Shown: in pieces, positions 26,801-40,199 of the stretch
Numbering within the stretch: position 1 is the stretch's first letter
Layout of the letters: each line of letters begins with the position of its first letter
From: Blasia pusilla
Taxonomy: Eukaryota
Reading direction: 5' to 3'
DNA length: 64,000 bases
NCBI GenBank assembly: GCA_050084515.1
Contig: CM114271.1
Location: 6,014,001 to 6,078,000, forward strand
Made by a program: the position numbers and the translations under genes
The notes under the pieces: generated by a model
Told to the model about the DNA's origin: nothing
What the model saw: the letters and a program-made list of their open reading frames with translations, nothing else
Databases searched by the model: none

Positions 26801-29800
26801 AGTTTATGACAGGAATAAGAGCAAACATTCTGATTAGAGTCGTCAAGATGGTTCAGGATCCCCATTTCAGCATTCCTTACAGGCTGATCAACTGACTGTC
26901 CCTAAACTGTTCTCCCGGTTAATTTCTTAGAACCTCACCGTCTTCTTTGGTTGTCCCTAGTCGTCATTTTTTATCTGGTAAGCTTTGGTGATTCAAGTAT
27001 TATAATTCCAAGTTCCAACCCCACGTTTTCTAACTCTTTCTCCTTGGACATAGGTTTCTGATACAAACTAACACACACGAAATTGGTTCTGTAGTCATAA
27101 ATGAACAAAGGTGTATTTCTTTCAGGCATCTCTATGACTCACTATCAATGGTTGTCTCATCTCCTAGCCTAATTTCATATCTGATTCGCACTTGGAATCA
27201 GGTGAGGAAACAAGGTGGACAACAATGAAGAGCTAAAGGACTAGGGTTAACACATGGTGACCCAATGGAGTCATGATATTCTGTAAGCTCACTAGCAGAC
27301 ACTACCACCAGCAAAAAACAAGCCCAGGATTCAGCCATCTTCTCTAGTCAAAGCAAAAGTTATCCCACTTAGGAGATAGAGGATCTCTCTGTCAACATGG
27401 ATCATCTCTGGCTTGGGTAGGGTTTGTAGTAAACTGGAAACCCATAGGTTTATGAGGACGCCTTCATGTGCGTGCCTTGGCATCTCATCTACTGAGCACC
27501 TGCACAGTCAGATCTCAAGTCTTTTTGGCTTAGCTTCTTCAGGAAAGAGATTTAGAATCTTTCGTCCTACCACTGGTTTTCAATGCATTTGGTAAGGGAT
27601 GTCACTGACAGCACTAGTTATAGAACTCATGCACTCCATGGGAGGATATTAAGAAAGTTTAGCTACACTAGACTACCGTCTACTGCAAAAGAAAGATAAT
27701 CTCAAAGATAAAAAGAGAGACGGACGGACAGTATGCTCCTCCAGATTTTCATCAGGGAGATCTTCAGACCACTGTGAACCTTACATCTATATTGACCCCA
27801 ACGCAGCAACCTAACTCACTTCTTTGTGCCTTGTCATCAAGGCTGCGGTATTTTGGAAGTAGCTCCCTTGGGGCTACTTCAGCAACTGTATGCAAGAACT
27901 CTTCTTAATGTCATGTTCGTGCAAGCAGACTGCATACGCATCTTCTTAGAAAGAGAATGAAGTCCCGTTTACGCGTGTGTGTCCAGCTCACCTTCTCTAC
28001 TGCGACCTCTACTCGCGCTGAGTGTGCTCAACCACTCTATTTGAGGAAGGAATGGTCTTATGTTTCTGCTCTTCTATGCTGTAGACCACATCTCTCCATT
28101 GCTTTGAGGCGTCTCAAGCAAGTAGGCTCTTGAGACACATTTAGACCATGGCTGATACTGTTCTAGAATTCCTCATTCTGGTAGTAATGTTTCGATTGCT
28201 TTACCTGACATTATTTCTATTGGTGAAGTTAATTTGTAGAGGGTTCCTCCTCTTTCTTTTCACTCCACCAGGCTGTGACCTTAAACCTAGTTGATTCCAA
28301 TACTCAATAGTTTTTTCTTTTATCAGTTCTCCCATCCTCTTTTATCCATGGTGTCTTTTCTCATTTCTTGTGTCAAAGGCTTAACATGCATCTCGAGTTT
28401 GAACCTGAAACAAGTTTTTTAGGAGGGTAGATTTAATATCCCTGTACACAAGGGATACGAAGAGGCTGACTTCATTGGCAGCACGTGTACATCCACTAGG
28501 TCGGTAAATTTTGTCACTGTAGGTGACATCTCGGTTCATCCCAAAATCAGAATCTATGGGGAGATTTTCAACCCTAAAATTGGATATCGCCGTCCACAAA
28601 TTCCACTGCTTCACCGGGAAGATACAGTGGACAGCCTTCGACGTCCAATATAGACTTAACGCGTGTTCAGACAGGAAAGTAACATTCAACGGGAAAATAG
28701 AAACAAAAAATAGACAAAAAGACAGACGGGTAGCAAGACTTGACTCGAAACCGGAGCATTGCTGAATGGCTTAGTGAAGGTCAAGGAACAATCCCAAACA
28801 CAAGAAGAATTCCAGGGCTTAAAGACCATTCCCCGAGCCCTCCTCTCTGCCTCCGTCATTTAACGACCGTTGTGATTGGTGAGTATTTGACAATAGAGTT
28901 TTTAAAACTCTTGTCACGGACCTTTCATCAACTGTTTTACACTTGCGGAGCTCTGTGAAAGAACCCTCAGGTGATGTTCAAAGGTGAGAGAGATCGACCT
29001 TACCGGTTCATAGAGTCCTATTCGAAGACCCCCAAATAGGCACTGCCTGTGAAGACCGGGAATAATTCCTCTCCATAGCGAAGCGGCTCCTTCTTCTCGA
29101 GCAATGGTGGCCATTGTGCCCATCATTCCTTTATACTTCGGAGTCGCATTTTCTGCCCCTGCCAGGGCTTTTCCTTGCAGCTGTAGCCTTACTTTTGCGG
29201 TATCTATAGGAATGGTACATGTCTGCACGACGATACCCACTGCGAGATTCAGCTCTCAGTTATGAGTCAAGATATAAATTCAATTGTACAACATAAAATC
29301 AAGTATAGTCCACTCGCAACGTGAAAGTATTACAAATCCCCTGCGATCAATTACAGACAAAGCTCGACAGGGAGGGGTAGTTCCCGAACTAAAGACCTCT
29401 CAGATAAGAGACATCGCCGTCCCTTCAAGTTAGGGACATAAACTCCGTCGAACAGCTAGTTAACCCGGTGCTGAGGAAAGAAGTGTGCTTTCACATTTAA
29501 GCAAGGTGGCAACATTTGAATCTGACGTTCTTGATTGCAGAAGAATTTTCGGACTGTCGCCACCGAAGGGATTCACAAACCTGCGCAACTTCTGCGACTG
29601 TCGTTTGCCAAGGACGGTGCCCACCAATCATAAAAATTTCTCAACTTGTCTTTGTCCCTCGCAGACTCGAGAAACTGTCATGATAGTTATCATAATATCG
29701 CAGCAATAGGACGTAATTGTCACCATGTATTTGTACGAGAATTGTCATTATGTCCACCTAAATCGGTGAAGTTATTTAATTCTTGTGAAGAGAACAAAGA

Positions 29801-30484
29801 AAGATCGTATAAAAGTCTCGGACGCTGGAGCATGCACAGCTGGAACGAAAAAGTACGATTAAAATTCAGTAGTGACTGAGACGTCGGTCACTTCTGAATT
29901 TTAGCACAAATATCAACACTCCCCTTCGATCTTATCCCAATCGCTGAAGGGATGACGCTTTTCTTCTTCTATTTACCTCGAAAATGCCCTTCGATTCACA
30001 GAATACCGAGCAGATGCTCATCACTGTACCGGACCAGCATGCACCAGCGGACGGGATTCAAGAAGATTCAGAGAGATCATCCACAGGCGATCGATGCGAT
30101 CGGCAAGAGAAAGCGGGGCTGAGGCTGAGATGGTTATTAAGTTTAATCGAACGAGATCCAAAACGCAGAGCGAAACTCGTTTCATTCGGATTTCATCGCA
30201 AATCTCGTCCACGAGGAATTGCTGCACCTGAAACCAAATCCTAGTAACTACAAAGAGCGATCGCAGTTGGAAGGAAATCAAGCATCGGTAGAGCAACTTC
30301 TGTTTTCAATCTGAGGCTCCGACTCCCAAAATTCCGAAAAGATCCGAGTAGCAGCGCTGCTCGGTTCCGCACACGCAAGAATTCAAAGTCATACCTCAGC
30401 CCAGCATGCACTGAACGCACTGCTCGCGAAAGTTCCGAGCATAGAAATCTTAGGCGTCGTCCGTGGCTTCTCGTCCGCCACCAT
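23878..30484 (-). CDS. UCP1: Mitochondrial uncoupling protein (PUMP/UCP1-2 type carrier), 9 exons: 30484-30395, 29222-29004, 26667-26589, 26366-26233, 26103-26005, 24867-24763, 24581-24504, 24242-24156, 23919-23878; 310 aa
   Basis: All introns GT-AG; exons sum to 933 nt in frame. Carrier signatures [20 protein letters not shown] and PVDVVKSRMM; C-terminal [18 protein letters not shown]. Paralog number uncertain. Confidence 0.95.
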
Positions 30485-30880
30485 TTTCCTCAGCTTGTGT
30501 GCGTTCAGCACAATCGCTGCCTCCCGTCAATACTCTTTTTCGCAAACACAGTGTACAACACGAGAGAGGCGCCACCCGAGCGAGAGATCGGGGCACCGGC
30601 GCCTCAAGAGAAGAACGAGATAAATGGGAACGACCTTAGACAAGCACGTGTCAACACTTGAAAAAAGCCTGCAATTCAAACATCTTCTGTTTTGCTCCCA
30701 CGGCTTCTCCCTAAACTATTCACGTTGACCCCAAGAGTAGTTTGACCCCGAAGTGGTTGTGCAGGTTACCCACATCCAAACTTGCCATATTTAATAGTGT
30801 ATGTTGGCAATAGTCACGATCTCTACCGGTCCTTTTCCAAAAGAATGGTGAGGCGGTTTAAGATTCCATTATTAAAATAT

Positions 30881-30950
30881 GTCGTGGAAGTTTCATATGA
30901 GGGTTACTCAAGTCGTGGAAGTTTCATATGAGGGTTACTCAAGTCGTGGA
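30881..30950. repeat. 31-bp tandem duplication upstream of the UCP gene
   Basis: gtcgtggaagtttcatatgagggttactcaa x2 plus a partial third copy. Confidence 0.9.
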
Positions 30951-31928
30951 GGGAAAGTGAACTTCTTGTGTTGTAAGTGGGCATCTCCACCCGATTACAC
31001 AAACTCGGATGGTCCTTACCCTTGTGGTGGGAAAATTTTATTTCATTCCTACATATCATCGTTTCGTAGAGTTTTGATCTTGCACTCACTAAAATTTTTG
31101 ACATTTTTTGGAGTGCCCTTGCATAGCTATGAAAGCGGGCAAACTCTTATCATAGGGTGGAGATGTCGTTAAGGCCTTTAGTCATGAGGGAAAAAACATG
31201 ATTAATTATTACAATCCACAATATCTCAAGCTCTTACAAAGGTAAATTCTCCTGAGTGGGGCTTCAAATAATTGCGTGTGAACGTAAGAGAGAGAAAGCT
31301 TCATTTTTCCCAACACAATTTTGTTGAAAAGTGGATGTATACTAAAAGTTCCTGCTGATTCTCAAAAAATTGTTTACCATAGGAATGAGGAAAAGCTTAC
31401 GGGTGACTTACGTCATTTTGGGGTTTCATTTGCCCGAATCCGAAACGCTTGAGCAATGAGTATCCTCTAATATCTTATATATTTTTGTATGGGGATTTCT
31501 TCAGCCAAAATCCGAAATGATGGAGGAATGAGCATTGATCCTCTTTGGACATATTTCTTTCCAAATTTTTACTTCATTATAATAAGAATACTAACGAGTG
31601 AAGCCGTTTGTAGCGAGAGTGAAACATTTTGATGCCGTAGCGTGTCAAACTGGCCACCTTACGTTGCTTAATTTAGGGTCCATCGTGTCATGGTGATTAT
31701 CTCATGTGTGTAATTGGTTATCCATTTTATTATAAAATCCAACCTTTACTTAGAGGGTTATTTTCTTACTCTTCATGTGAAGTTTTGTCTTCATTCCATA
31801 AAGTTACACTCTCAAGAAATAAAAATAAATTTAGAATGAAAATGTGTGAGGATTTTATCTAAAAAAATAACATTTTAGAACCTGCTCATAGGTATAATGG
31901 ATATGATTCTATCTTGTTTTTTTTTTAA

Positions 31929-31955
31929 CTAGTAAGAATGCCCGTGCGATGCACC
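31929..31955 (-). terminator. Helitron 3' terminus (hairpin + CTAG|T)
   Basis: Minus strand ggtgcatcgcacgggcattctta-CTAG followed by T, about 95 bp after the helicase stop. Confidence 0.85.
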
Positions 31956-34900
31956 AATGTCGAATTTTATAACGTTAAAGAATATTGCATATAGAAAAAC
32001 TTGAAGAGAAATACCTATTATTTTATTAATATAACTCTTCGGGATATACAACATTTCTAGTATAAACACCATCTTTGTTTGGTGGACTCTCATTGTCAAT
32101 CATCATATGGATTGACTTGGTAGAACCTACTCTAGATGAGGCAACATATAATTTTCTGTGAGAAAATACAGGATTTGGCAAGTGAATACCAACTCTATCT
32201 AACGTTTGACCTTGAGACTTATTAATTGTCATTGCAAAAACAAGACGAATATGAAATTGAAATCTTTGTAAATCAAAAGGTAATCCTGAATCAGATGCAA
32301 TCAACGGAATGCGTGGAATAAACACTCGAGCTCCAATACTTTTTCCCGTCATAATTACAGCATCTATAACATGTCGACCAAATCCAATAATCACCAAGCG
32401 AGTTCCGTTTGCTTGTCCCTTTGCTCCATTCATATTTCGTAATAGCATAATTGGAGCTCCCATTTTCAACGTTAGGCAATGTGGTGGAAGTCCTGATGGC
32501 AAACAAGTATTCAAGAATTATGTTAGGTATATAAACCTCACCCCGTCATCAATCACTGAATCATCACTTTAAAAATTGTGCACCAGAGAAGAGAAACAAT
32601 CATTAGCATCAAAACAATAATTTCTTATAGTACAAATTAATTATGTCTTCATTTCATATAAATTGAAGATATTCATGAAATATTCAAATTACCTCTCTTG
32701 GAAATTGCGACATAATTTCGGCATTGATCAAATCCACAGTAGTATTCTTTGTTGTAAGAATAGATGTACCCCTCAAGAAGTCAATATCACTCCACTTATC
32801 AATATCACGTTCATAGACAATTTCAATCAAATCATTAAGTCTGTGGCTCTTAATAATCATCGCATCAGGAATTCTTATAAAATCATCTCCAAACTCACAA
32901 TGCAATGGTATCCGATCCTCGCCAACCTTTAGTAACTAGTTTGCAAATCCATCTTGCTCATGTCGTGCTTCTCCTAAATAAAATTGACAAAAAAAAAGGA
33001 ATGAGTACATTTTCATAAAAAATCCATAAGATAGCAAAAGCAACAACAAAAGGTTCAATCTTGTTACCTTGCAAACAATTCACTCTCATGTTGGTAGTGA
33101 GTTTCATTATTCTCCCATGAGTCCAAATAAGAGATCTCTTAAGGGTTGCACGCACGCTGTGGTTGGTCGATCACCATGACGTACTACAAGAAAAAATTGT
33201 CGGAAGTCACCACCAAAAATAAATATATTGCCCCCAAAAGGCAGATCTCGTAGTTCAAGATCCACCAAACCCATGATATCTTGGAAGGTACGATTAACAG
33301 CCTCAAAAGCATAACGATGCGTCATAGGAGCTTCATCCCATACGATCATCTTTGCATTTTGCATACGACGTGCAATATCACTATTTACAGATAAGCTAGA
33401 AAATACACAAGAAATAAAAAAGTAAGAAATATTTATACGTAATATATAAGAATAATAAAAACATAATGGAAACCTGATTTTAGAACAATATTAGAGTAAT
33501 AAAAAAAATCTTAGACATAAACTTATTTGCAAGTAGACGATTCATGTATCTAAATAGGAATCTTAAATCGAGAATGAACAATACGGCCTCCATCGAGTAA
33601 CAAAGCAACAATACCAGAAGATGCAACTGCAGGAGTTATATAACCCTTGCTTCGTACGCTAACAAGAAGAAAATTGTATAGAAAGGTTTTTCTGTTCCAC
33701 CACGACCATCAATGAAGAATAACTTTGCCTAAAAAGATCCACATTAGCCACAATATATAGATATTAAAGAATTACAACTTAGAAATAAATCTTAAAATAG
33801 CTTTACATATATAAAATGCACTTACAGAAGATAGCGCATCATTTAACACATCCTCTATGAAAAGATGGACAACATCCCATATAGCTCGTTGTCCATCATT
33901 CAATGAAATCTCCCCTCGTTGAACAGGATCAGCAAGCATTTCACAATCATAGCACAACTCTTATTCCTCTAAGCGCGAGATCGATATAATCCGAGTAACA
34001 ACGTTAGGTTGAGGCATGTTGGGGAAATCTGCCATACTTTTACCATAATCTTGAAGATGGTAATGGATCTCTAATAATGCAACATTAATAGTATGTGGAT
34101 CCAAAGGAAGATTAGAAATTCCAATTCTTTGCATCAAACTATAAAAATATCTGAAACATCTGAAAGAAAAAACATAAAAATCAATACAAATTTGTAATAA
34201 AAAATAGAAAATTCAAGAATGCATAGAAGGCATGCATATTACCTCGCGCCTTTGATGTAAGAGATCTTCAGTTAGAGGAACTAAGAAGCGTTCCCATACC
34301 ATGCTAGGTATAGAGGGCGTGTTGTACAGAAGAATAATGGCAAAGAGCAAACGCAATGAATAACCAGTACGAATTTGTATTGCCTCTTCAAAGCATGAAA
34401 AAACCTCTCTGTTGTCTTCTAATAATCCCATTTGAATAGCCGTTTCCTTAAAAGTAGAATAAACAACACCATCAATCGTTCTTAAATCTTGATAATATTG
34501 AGCTTTTCTCACATGATGAAGAAGTAATCGTAGCCAATGACGCTCCTATTCACCTATATAAATTAACAATCAATTAAAATAATTAATGTAAACCCAAGAA
34601 AGAAGAGAATAATATTATATTAAGTTTAACATTAATTTTGTGAAAAAAAAATCTAGAGGAAAGTTCACGTGGGTTAGTCATATACAAACGTCTGATAGGA
34701 TGTCCACATCCTTTTCTTCCACATCGAACCCACGTCTTCTTTGTCGTGCGAATCCACATCGTCATACAACATACATCGCTGACATACCATACGCACATAC
34801 ATACATAACATAGACGAGAGTATCCACAAACGCAAGTGTACCACCACTGAAATCCGTGAAAGACCTACTGTCATAAAACACGTTTACAATCACATACAAT

Positions 34901-35499
34901 CGAGCCAAACCCACTCCACGATGGGAGAATCTAGGTCGAAGCTTGCGGGAAAACACCATAGCCAAGAGCTCTACTCACTACCAAGGCTAACTCCCAACGC
35001 AACAGGCTCAACTCAAAGAACTTACTGTTCTTTGAGGGCAAGCCACCTTATATCCTCCAACCTAAGAGCGGGCCCTACTGGGAAAGTCACCCCCAAGTGA
35101 GTAACCCCCAACCCTATGTATGGAACCGCATCTCTACCAAGCCACTACGGTCCTACATAAGGAATGGCCTCTACCAGCACACCATACTCTACGACATAAT
35201 CCGTATGGTCATGACAAGTGTCATGCGAATCCACATCGTCATACAACATACATCGCTGACATACCATACGCACATACATACATAACATAGACGAGAGTAT
35301 CCACAAACGCAAGGGTACCACAACTCGCCCTCCTAACTGGCGGTTAGGTCCCTCTAACTCCCAGGTAGCCCTATACATCTACTACATGCTATACACCTTC
35401 TTGGGTGCCCAAATCAGAAGGCCGGGTGCTAGGTTGCCCCATCGTTAGTCGTACATCTGTAATCCATATCATGCAAAGATCAAGTCATCTACCTCTCCT

Positions 35500-35640
35500 A
35501 AGTACATCGAGGACAAACCCACCTTCCAAAGAGGAACAACATCCAAACGTGAGTCAAACACATAATGTGCCAACCCCTAGAACACCGATCACACACCAAC
35601 ATACGGGCTGCGTTACCAACAGACCCACACAACATGCACC
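35500..35640 (-). pseudogene. PHD finger at the integrase C-terminus, element 2
   Basis: CMLC-x8-LVCDRCSRGWHIMCL-x9-GRWVCPRC fits the C4HC3 PHD with the conserved W before the last CxxC. Confidence 0.9.
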
Positions 35641-38570
35641 TCAAGCTAGCACGTATCATGGCTAAGCTTGGGTCAACAGTACCATCCACATTTGGAAGAT
35701 GACATGGCGCACAATTACGCACATGGTCCTTCCAAACAACTCCATCACGACCCTCCAACATGAGAACTCCATAAGCTAACACCTCACGCACTTTCGTAAA
35801 ATAGTGCGCCTGCCGTCACATCCAACGTTGTCGGGCAATCTGCTGCAAATAGACATAGTCCCCACATGGAACCTACGAATCGATGGTCGATAACCTCCAC
35901 CCGAATGGTTGCATGCCGCAACGTATCCCTGTGTTGAGCAATGGCAAGATTCTCAAAGGCATTTGTTGGCATAACTCTCGAAAGAGCTCCGCCGGCGAGA
36001 ACACACCCTCATCCACATCTCGGGGTCATCAAGGTTCACCACCTCACTAGACTCCCAACAATTGTTGGCAAGTCGGATCTCGGCCGTATAACTTGAGAGA
36101 ATAAGGTGAGAAGGAAGCCAAGGATGCTTGGCGATCGAACCCTATACCCCATGGCTAACCATGGCAACTGAATATCCGGTCTCCAAGATGCCCTTCAGAG
36201 GCCATACTTGCGCAATGCCCTCTTCACCGCCCTGAACCACATGCTCAGCCAAACCATCCGCCTCTGGATGATCTCGAGCGTGGTCCGATGATCAATCAAC
36301 GCCTTGTCACACAAGACGAAACTCACCCGAAACTCAGACCTGGTCGGGTCAAGACGCCAATTTGGTGCACAAAAATGACTAAGCACTCTATCCAGAAACG
36401 CATACGCCGTTCCCTCACTTGCCTTGTCCGGTAATGCCACCAACTCAATCCACTTGGAGAAGTGCTCCACCATCACCAACACATATCGATGATGTCGTAC
36501 AGTCAACGGTAACGGTCCCGCAAAGTCCACACTCCAACGGTAACCTAACCCCATAATAGGCAAGGGGTGTAATTGTGGTGTAGGGGCATTAAATGATGCC
36601 CTCACCCGGTCACAAACCATACAACGTGACACCAACTGCTGCACCTGAGTATGCATGCCACGCCACCAATACTGGCCAAGGAGTAAGCTATACGTACGCT
36701 TTACCCCAAAATGTCCCAACTCCTCATGGGCATGTCGCACAATGCGCTCTCTCTGAGCCAAATGTGGCACTACTCGTACTCTACCATCCTCCCATACGCG
36801 GAGAATATGTGTTCCCTCCAATCGATACCTCTTAGCACGTTGAAGAACACGGTCTCACTCCTTGGCACTCACTATGCCTGGCACCCTACTGGTCCGTAGG
36901 AACTCCAACACCAACGCATCATCATGAATATCACGCTGATCCGTACCACCATCTCCAACCTTAGGATCTCAAGGTGGCCATCTACCCCTCGACTAGAGTA
37001 AGATATCATGTGGTCCTCCATACTAGAGTCCACCCCTAACCAACATAAAAAGGCGGATGCATGCCAACCTGGCACCATCTCCTCATCAACCTCGCCATGC
37101 CATCTAGCCCCAGTTGTATCCTCTTGGCTAGTACATGGGTTCCTACTCAACCCATCAGCATCAAGGTTGGCAACTCCAGGTCTATGTACCACCCGGAAGT
37201 CATACTCTGTAAGATAAGAGCCCATCGTGCAAGCTTCCTGTAAGCTTGTCCGACTCTATCAACCACTTGAGCGGCTGGTGATCGTACCAAGGGTAAAGCG
37301 TGTGCCAAACAAGTAACACCTAAAGTGTGCCACACCCCCACACTCTTGCCAAGCACTCTCCCTCATATGAACTATAGCGCGACTCCATTTGCATTATTCG
37401 AACAACTTGCATAGGCCACCACAAACTCCATGTGCTCATCATCATGTTGTGTCAACACCGCTCCAAGTCCCAACCTACTCCAATCAGTGTGTAATTGAAA
37501 TGGGCGCCCTCTGATAGGTCTCCTCAAGATAGGCGCCGCCACCAACTGGGCCTTAAGCTCCACAAAAGCTCTCTCCTGATCATCTCCCGAGTGCCACTCT
37601 TGATCTGATTTCAGCAATTGGTTCAAAGGCTTTGCCATAGCACTATATCCCTTCACATACCTCCGATAGAAGTTCGCCAATCCCATAAATGCTCGAACTC
37701 TACTCACATCTATCGGACGCGGAATAAGTGCAATAGCCTCCACCTTTGCTTGCTGAACTCCCAAACCACCTGGATAGATCACATGACCCAAGTACTCAAC
37801 ATCCTCATGGAAGAACTTACACTTTCCTGGATGCAAACGTAGACCATGAGCTTTCAACCGCTCAAACACCATCTGCAAATGTATCTGATGCTCCTCCACC
37901 GTGTTACTGAACACCAAGATATCATCAATGTAACACCGAACAAAATCCAACCCTGCTAGGATCCTGTCCATCACTCTTTGAAACTCGGCATGTGCATCTT
38001 TCCACCCAAAGGGTAAGAATTTCCACTGGTACAAACAATCCTTACCATGAGAGTTGACACCCCAAAATGTTGTCTTGGCCTTGTCACTCTCCCGAATCGG
38101 CAATTGATGGTATCCTGCCCGAAGATCCAAAAATCGCAAATCTTTGCTGTCCCACCACATCAAAGATCTCTCGGTGTAGGCATGGCATACCTATCGGCCT
38201 TGGTTTGCCGATTGATAGACGGTAATCTCCACACATCCGCATATCCGTGTAGTTGCCATGCATATCCTTTTTAGCAGCATGACGCGCCGATGCATACTCT
38301 CCATGCGACAACTCCACTAATCCAGCCTCCAAAAGGTCCAACGTCCTACTCGAATCAAGTCCTCTCCATATCACTATATCGATAGGGACGACGGAAGATT
38401 GGCGTATCACTAGCCAAATCAATCCGTATACCGGGTCCAACTAGAGAACCCAACTCCTTCATGCTAAAGGCAAAACAACTCCTATAAGCACGTAGGAACT
38501 GTGTCAAGCGTCGTTTCTCACCTCTCGTAAGCTTGGGCCCAAGTAATGGCTCCCAAGTCTCCTCCTTTGG
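35640..38570 (-). pseudogene. Element 2 RT-RNaseH-integrase
   Basis: LDLRAGYHQ, LPFG, YIDD, HTDWS, H-EELG-H...CMVC zinc domain, DFAGP. Confidence 0.93.
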
Positions 38571-38849
38571 CACACTAGAGGGAGAGGCGATGCCATTGGT
38601 CGCTCATAACCCCCTCACAAGATGGTACACCCTTAGCTACACCATCATCTCGAGCAAATAACTCTCCACCAAAGATGAGCAACCAACTCCACATGCCCAG
38701 CCATTACATCCCATCTACTCCAAGGATGCAAAATACTACTCTCCTCGCCCCCATCCGATGCCTCTACCGTCCCGATAGCCATCGAGCTCATTACAAGGGG
38801 TGGAAGACCCACAGACATAGTCCGAAGTCGACGCTGCTCGGCCATACCA

Positions 38850-39795
38850 AGACTCAAAATCCAAGTCAAACAATTCAGGTCCATGGCCTGACCCAACACA
38901 TGACGTCGTGAAGCCTCAGAAATAGAAGCAACCGCTGTCACACCTGTAGCAAATCCCATCGCACGATCTCTCTCATCAGCGTTAGGCTCCACCAACTGTC
39001 GCACATGAGAATCCCATACAAGCCCTGGACCACCTTCCCTGTAGGCATGTGACGAGGGAAAACTCACAAATGTGGGTAGTGCCATCCTAGGCTGGCCCAC
39101 ACGGTTCACCACTGCCATGGGTGACCGATCAATAACCCTCCCCACTTGGGAAGTCGCCGAGTATCCAAGATACTATCCACTGTAAGGCGAGGATCCCACT
39201 GCACTGCATCATATGCTCGACGTAGAACCTCCCTAGGCAACAAGTTTGTCCACCACAAGCGTGGACGATGTGCACGCGAGCCAACTCGCGCTGCATCCAA
39301 CAACACCGCTGGTCCAATCCAAGAGCGCACCTCATGAACACTCGCCATCATTCGGGTCCGAGTGTCACCCAACAATGGAACATTCTCCAGAATGTAAGCT
39401 AGAGCATGTGCCTGATGAACCTGAAGATGTCGTAACACCCGTAACATCTCCCAAAACAATCGAGACCTAGGGTCATGTAATCCCTCACCACGACCAGCAC
39501 GTGTATGACCCTGACATGGCCATCCAGCAATCACCAAATCCACAGGACCTATTCTCTCAAGGTCCTGCGCCCCCAACAATGCAATGTGTGATGGTAAAGC
39601 ACGCTGGTACCCACGAATAGCGATGGCGCCAACAACTCAGATATCTCCGCATCAATCGACCAATATGTCGGGATGAGACTCTGGGCCGTCTCATCTTGCT
39701 CCACATACGTATCTCTCCGACAGAATACCGGCTGCAACATCATGACCAAACCAAAGTGCTAATCCCACCAAAGAGATCTAACACACAAATGCCCT
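38850..39795 (-). pseudogene. DNMT3-like C5 cytosine methyltransferase domain inside element 2 pol
   Basis: GICVLDLFGGIS (I), YVEQD (II), DLVIAGWPCQGHT (IV, catalytic PC intact), YILENV (VI), SRAHRPRLWWTNL (VIII), ERDRAMGF (IX), RRHVLGQAMDL (X). Confidence 0.93.
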
Positions 39796-40199
39796 CCGGC
39801 GGATATTGCCATACAATGGGTGTAGTATCCAAAGGGGATAACCAATCGGGCTAGAAGTAGGAGTCCGCCGTGGGGCCTCCTCTTCCTCGTGAGGTATAAT
39901 GACCTCACACCAAGCCTCTGCACTAGGCGTCGCCTCTGCCGTAGTGCACCACCCGAACTCCAAAGTGGCACATCCAACGATGAGGATGCCATTGCTGCAA
40001 AAATAGGGACCTCCTCTTCCTCCTCATGCGCAAGGAGAATCCATAGCGTAAAACATTACCCTCCAAAAAGTCTCTGGCCAAGTGACTACTCCACTAAAAC
40101 CAGACCACAGATGCTAACATCTTTGTTGGGAAGACCCTCCTGGTCGAGCCAGGAAATAAATCTCACAGAACTTGGCTCATACGTCCATCCCGGATCGCC

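Noticed and set aside
27300-28350. Possible LINE endonuclease relic in UCP intron 2 (VCLHEH-like)
   Set aside because: Only a single weak motif.
30881-30950. CRISPR-like repeat
   Set aside because: Head-to-tail duplication with no spacers, in a plant genome.
38850-39795. Host DNMT3/DRM gene or bacterial restriction-modification contamination
   Set aside because: The domain is intronless, continuous with pol, and at the same position in two elements within clearly eukaryotic DNA.
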